A DNA stretch of 63,997 nt, counting the filler, from Gonapodya sp. JEL0774 (lineage: Eukaryota), in the NCBI GenBank assembly GCA_027604505.1. It is 5 parts of 5 records of this genome, joined end to end, with 100 filler letters (N's around TTAATTAATTAA, not from the genome) between each part and the next. Parts side by side here need not be neighbours in the genome. Positions count along the whole stretch, not along the records: positions 51,937 to 63,997 come from JADIIX010000350.1; 4 more parts are not named here. The stretch is one strand, 5' to 3'. The translations under genes and the position numbers were made by a program. Numbering within the stretch: position 1 is the first letter of the stretch; every line of letters begins with the position of its first letter. Under the pieces are notes generated by a model. The model was given only the letters and a program-made list of their open reading frames with translations. It searched no databases and was not told the DNA's origin. Shown in pieces: positions 63,867-63,997 of the stretch.

Positions 63867-63997
63867 TGTGGTGGTTCGCGGCGGAACCGTGGGTTTCTGT
63901 CCCGAAACTCAATGTATGTTTGTCTGAACTCCAGTACAGTGTGTTGCCAAGCGGTCACAGCCGAGCCGCCGGCACAACTAAGGTCACTAGAAAAATC
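63867..63997 (-). mobile_element. LTR of a second family inserted into the gypsy integrase
   Basis: Near-identical to 53995-54125; it interrupts the integrase right after KIGPYKILDKINPVTF. Confidence 0.85.

Overview
Eukaryotic, intron-rich DNA (GT-AG introns), most likely a zoosporic early-diverging fungus. This is inferred from a fungal Zn2Cys6 TF and Pil1-like BAR proteins together with a MORN2-like protein; the ankyrin family resembles ones I associate with Gonapodya/Monoblepharidomycota (unverified). The window is five unrelated contigs joined by artificial 100-nt spacers (N44-TTAATTAATTAA-N44): 1-12928, 13029-25912, 26013-38884, 38985-51836 and 51937-end. Contig 1: HAUS2-like, MsrB, PCNA, MORN2-like, RING/TRAF-Ubl, Reg1/DUF1752-like and BTB genes. 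Contig 2: three intronless ankyrin-like paralogs with variable Trp-rich loops, and a TM-Cache-like-TM-HAMP-like sensor lacking an output domain. Contig 3: a CACTA-type end, DUF4286, aldo-keto reductase, bacterial-type K+-independent pyruvate kinase, MBL-fold glyoxalase-II-like protein and a Cys-rich/TM/SH3 receptor-like protein. Contig 4: MOT1-like fragment, SnoaL/NTF2 protein with PPGG motifs, AcuM/Rds2-like TF, two Pil1/Lsp1-like genes and an MFS fragment. Contig 5 is a transposon nest: a decayed CpG-depleted PIF/Harbinger, a solo LTR, a phased 22-bp array, and a Ty3/gypsy element. The gypsy element has a self-complementary (tRNA-independent, Tf1-like) primer site, a GGGAAAC frameshift signal and a nested LTR insertion. 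All gene models and family assignments were made by eye from splice sites and recalled motifs; no database search was run.
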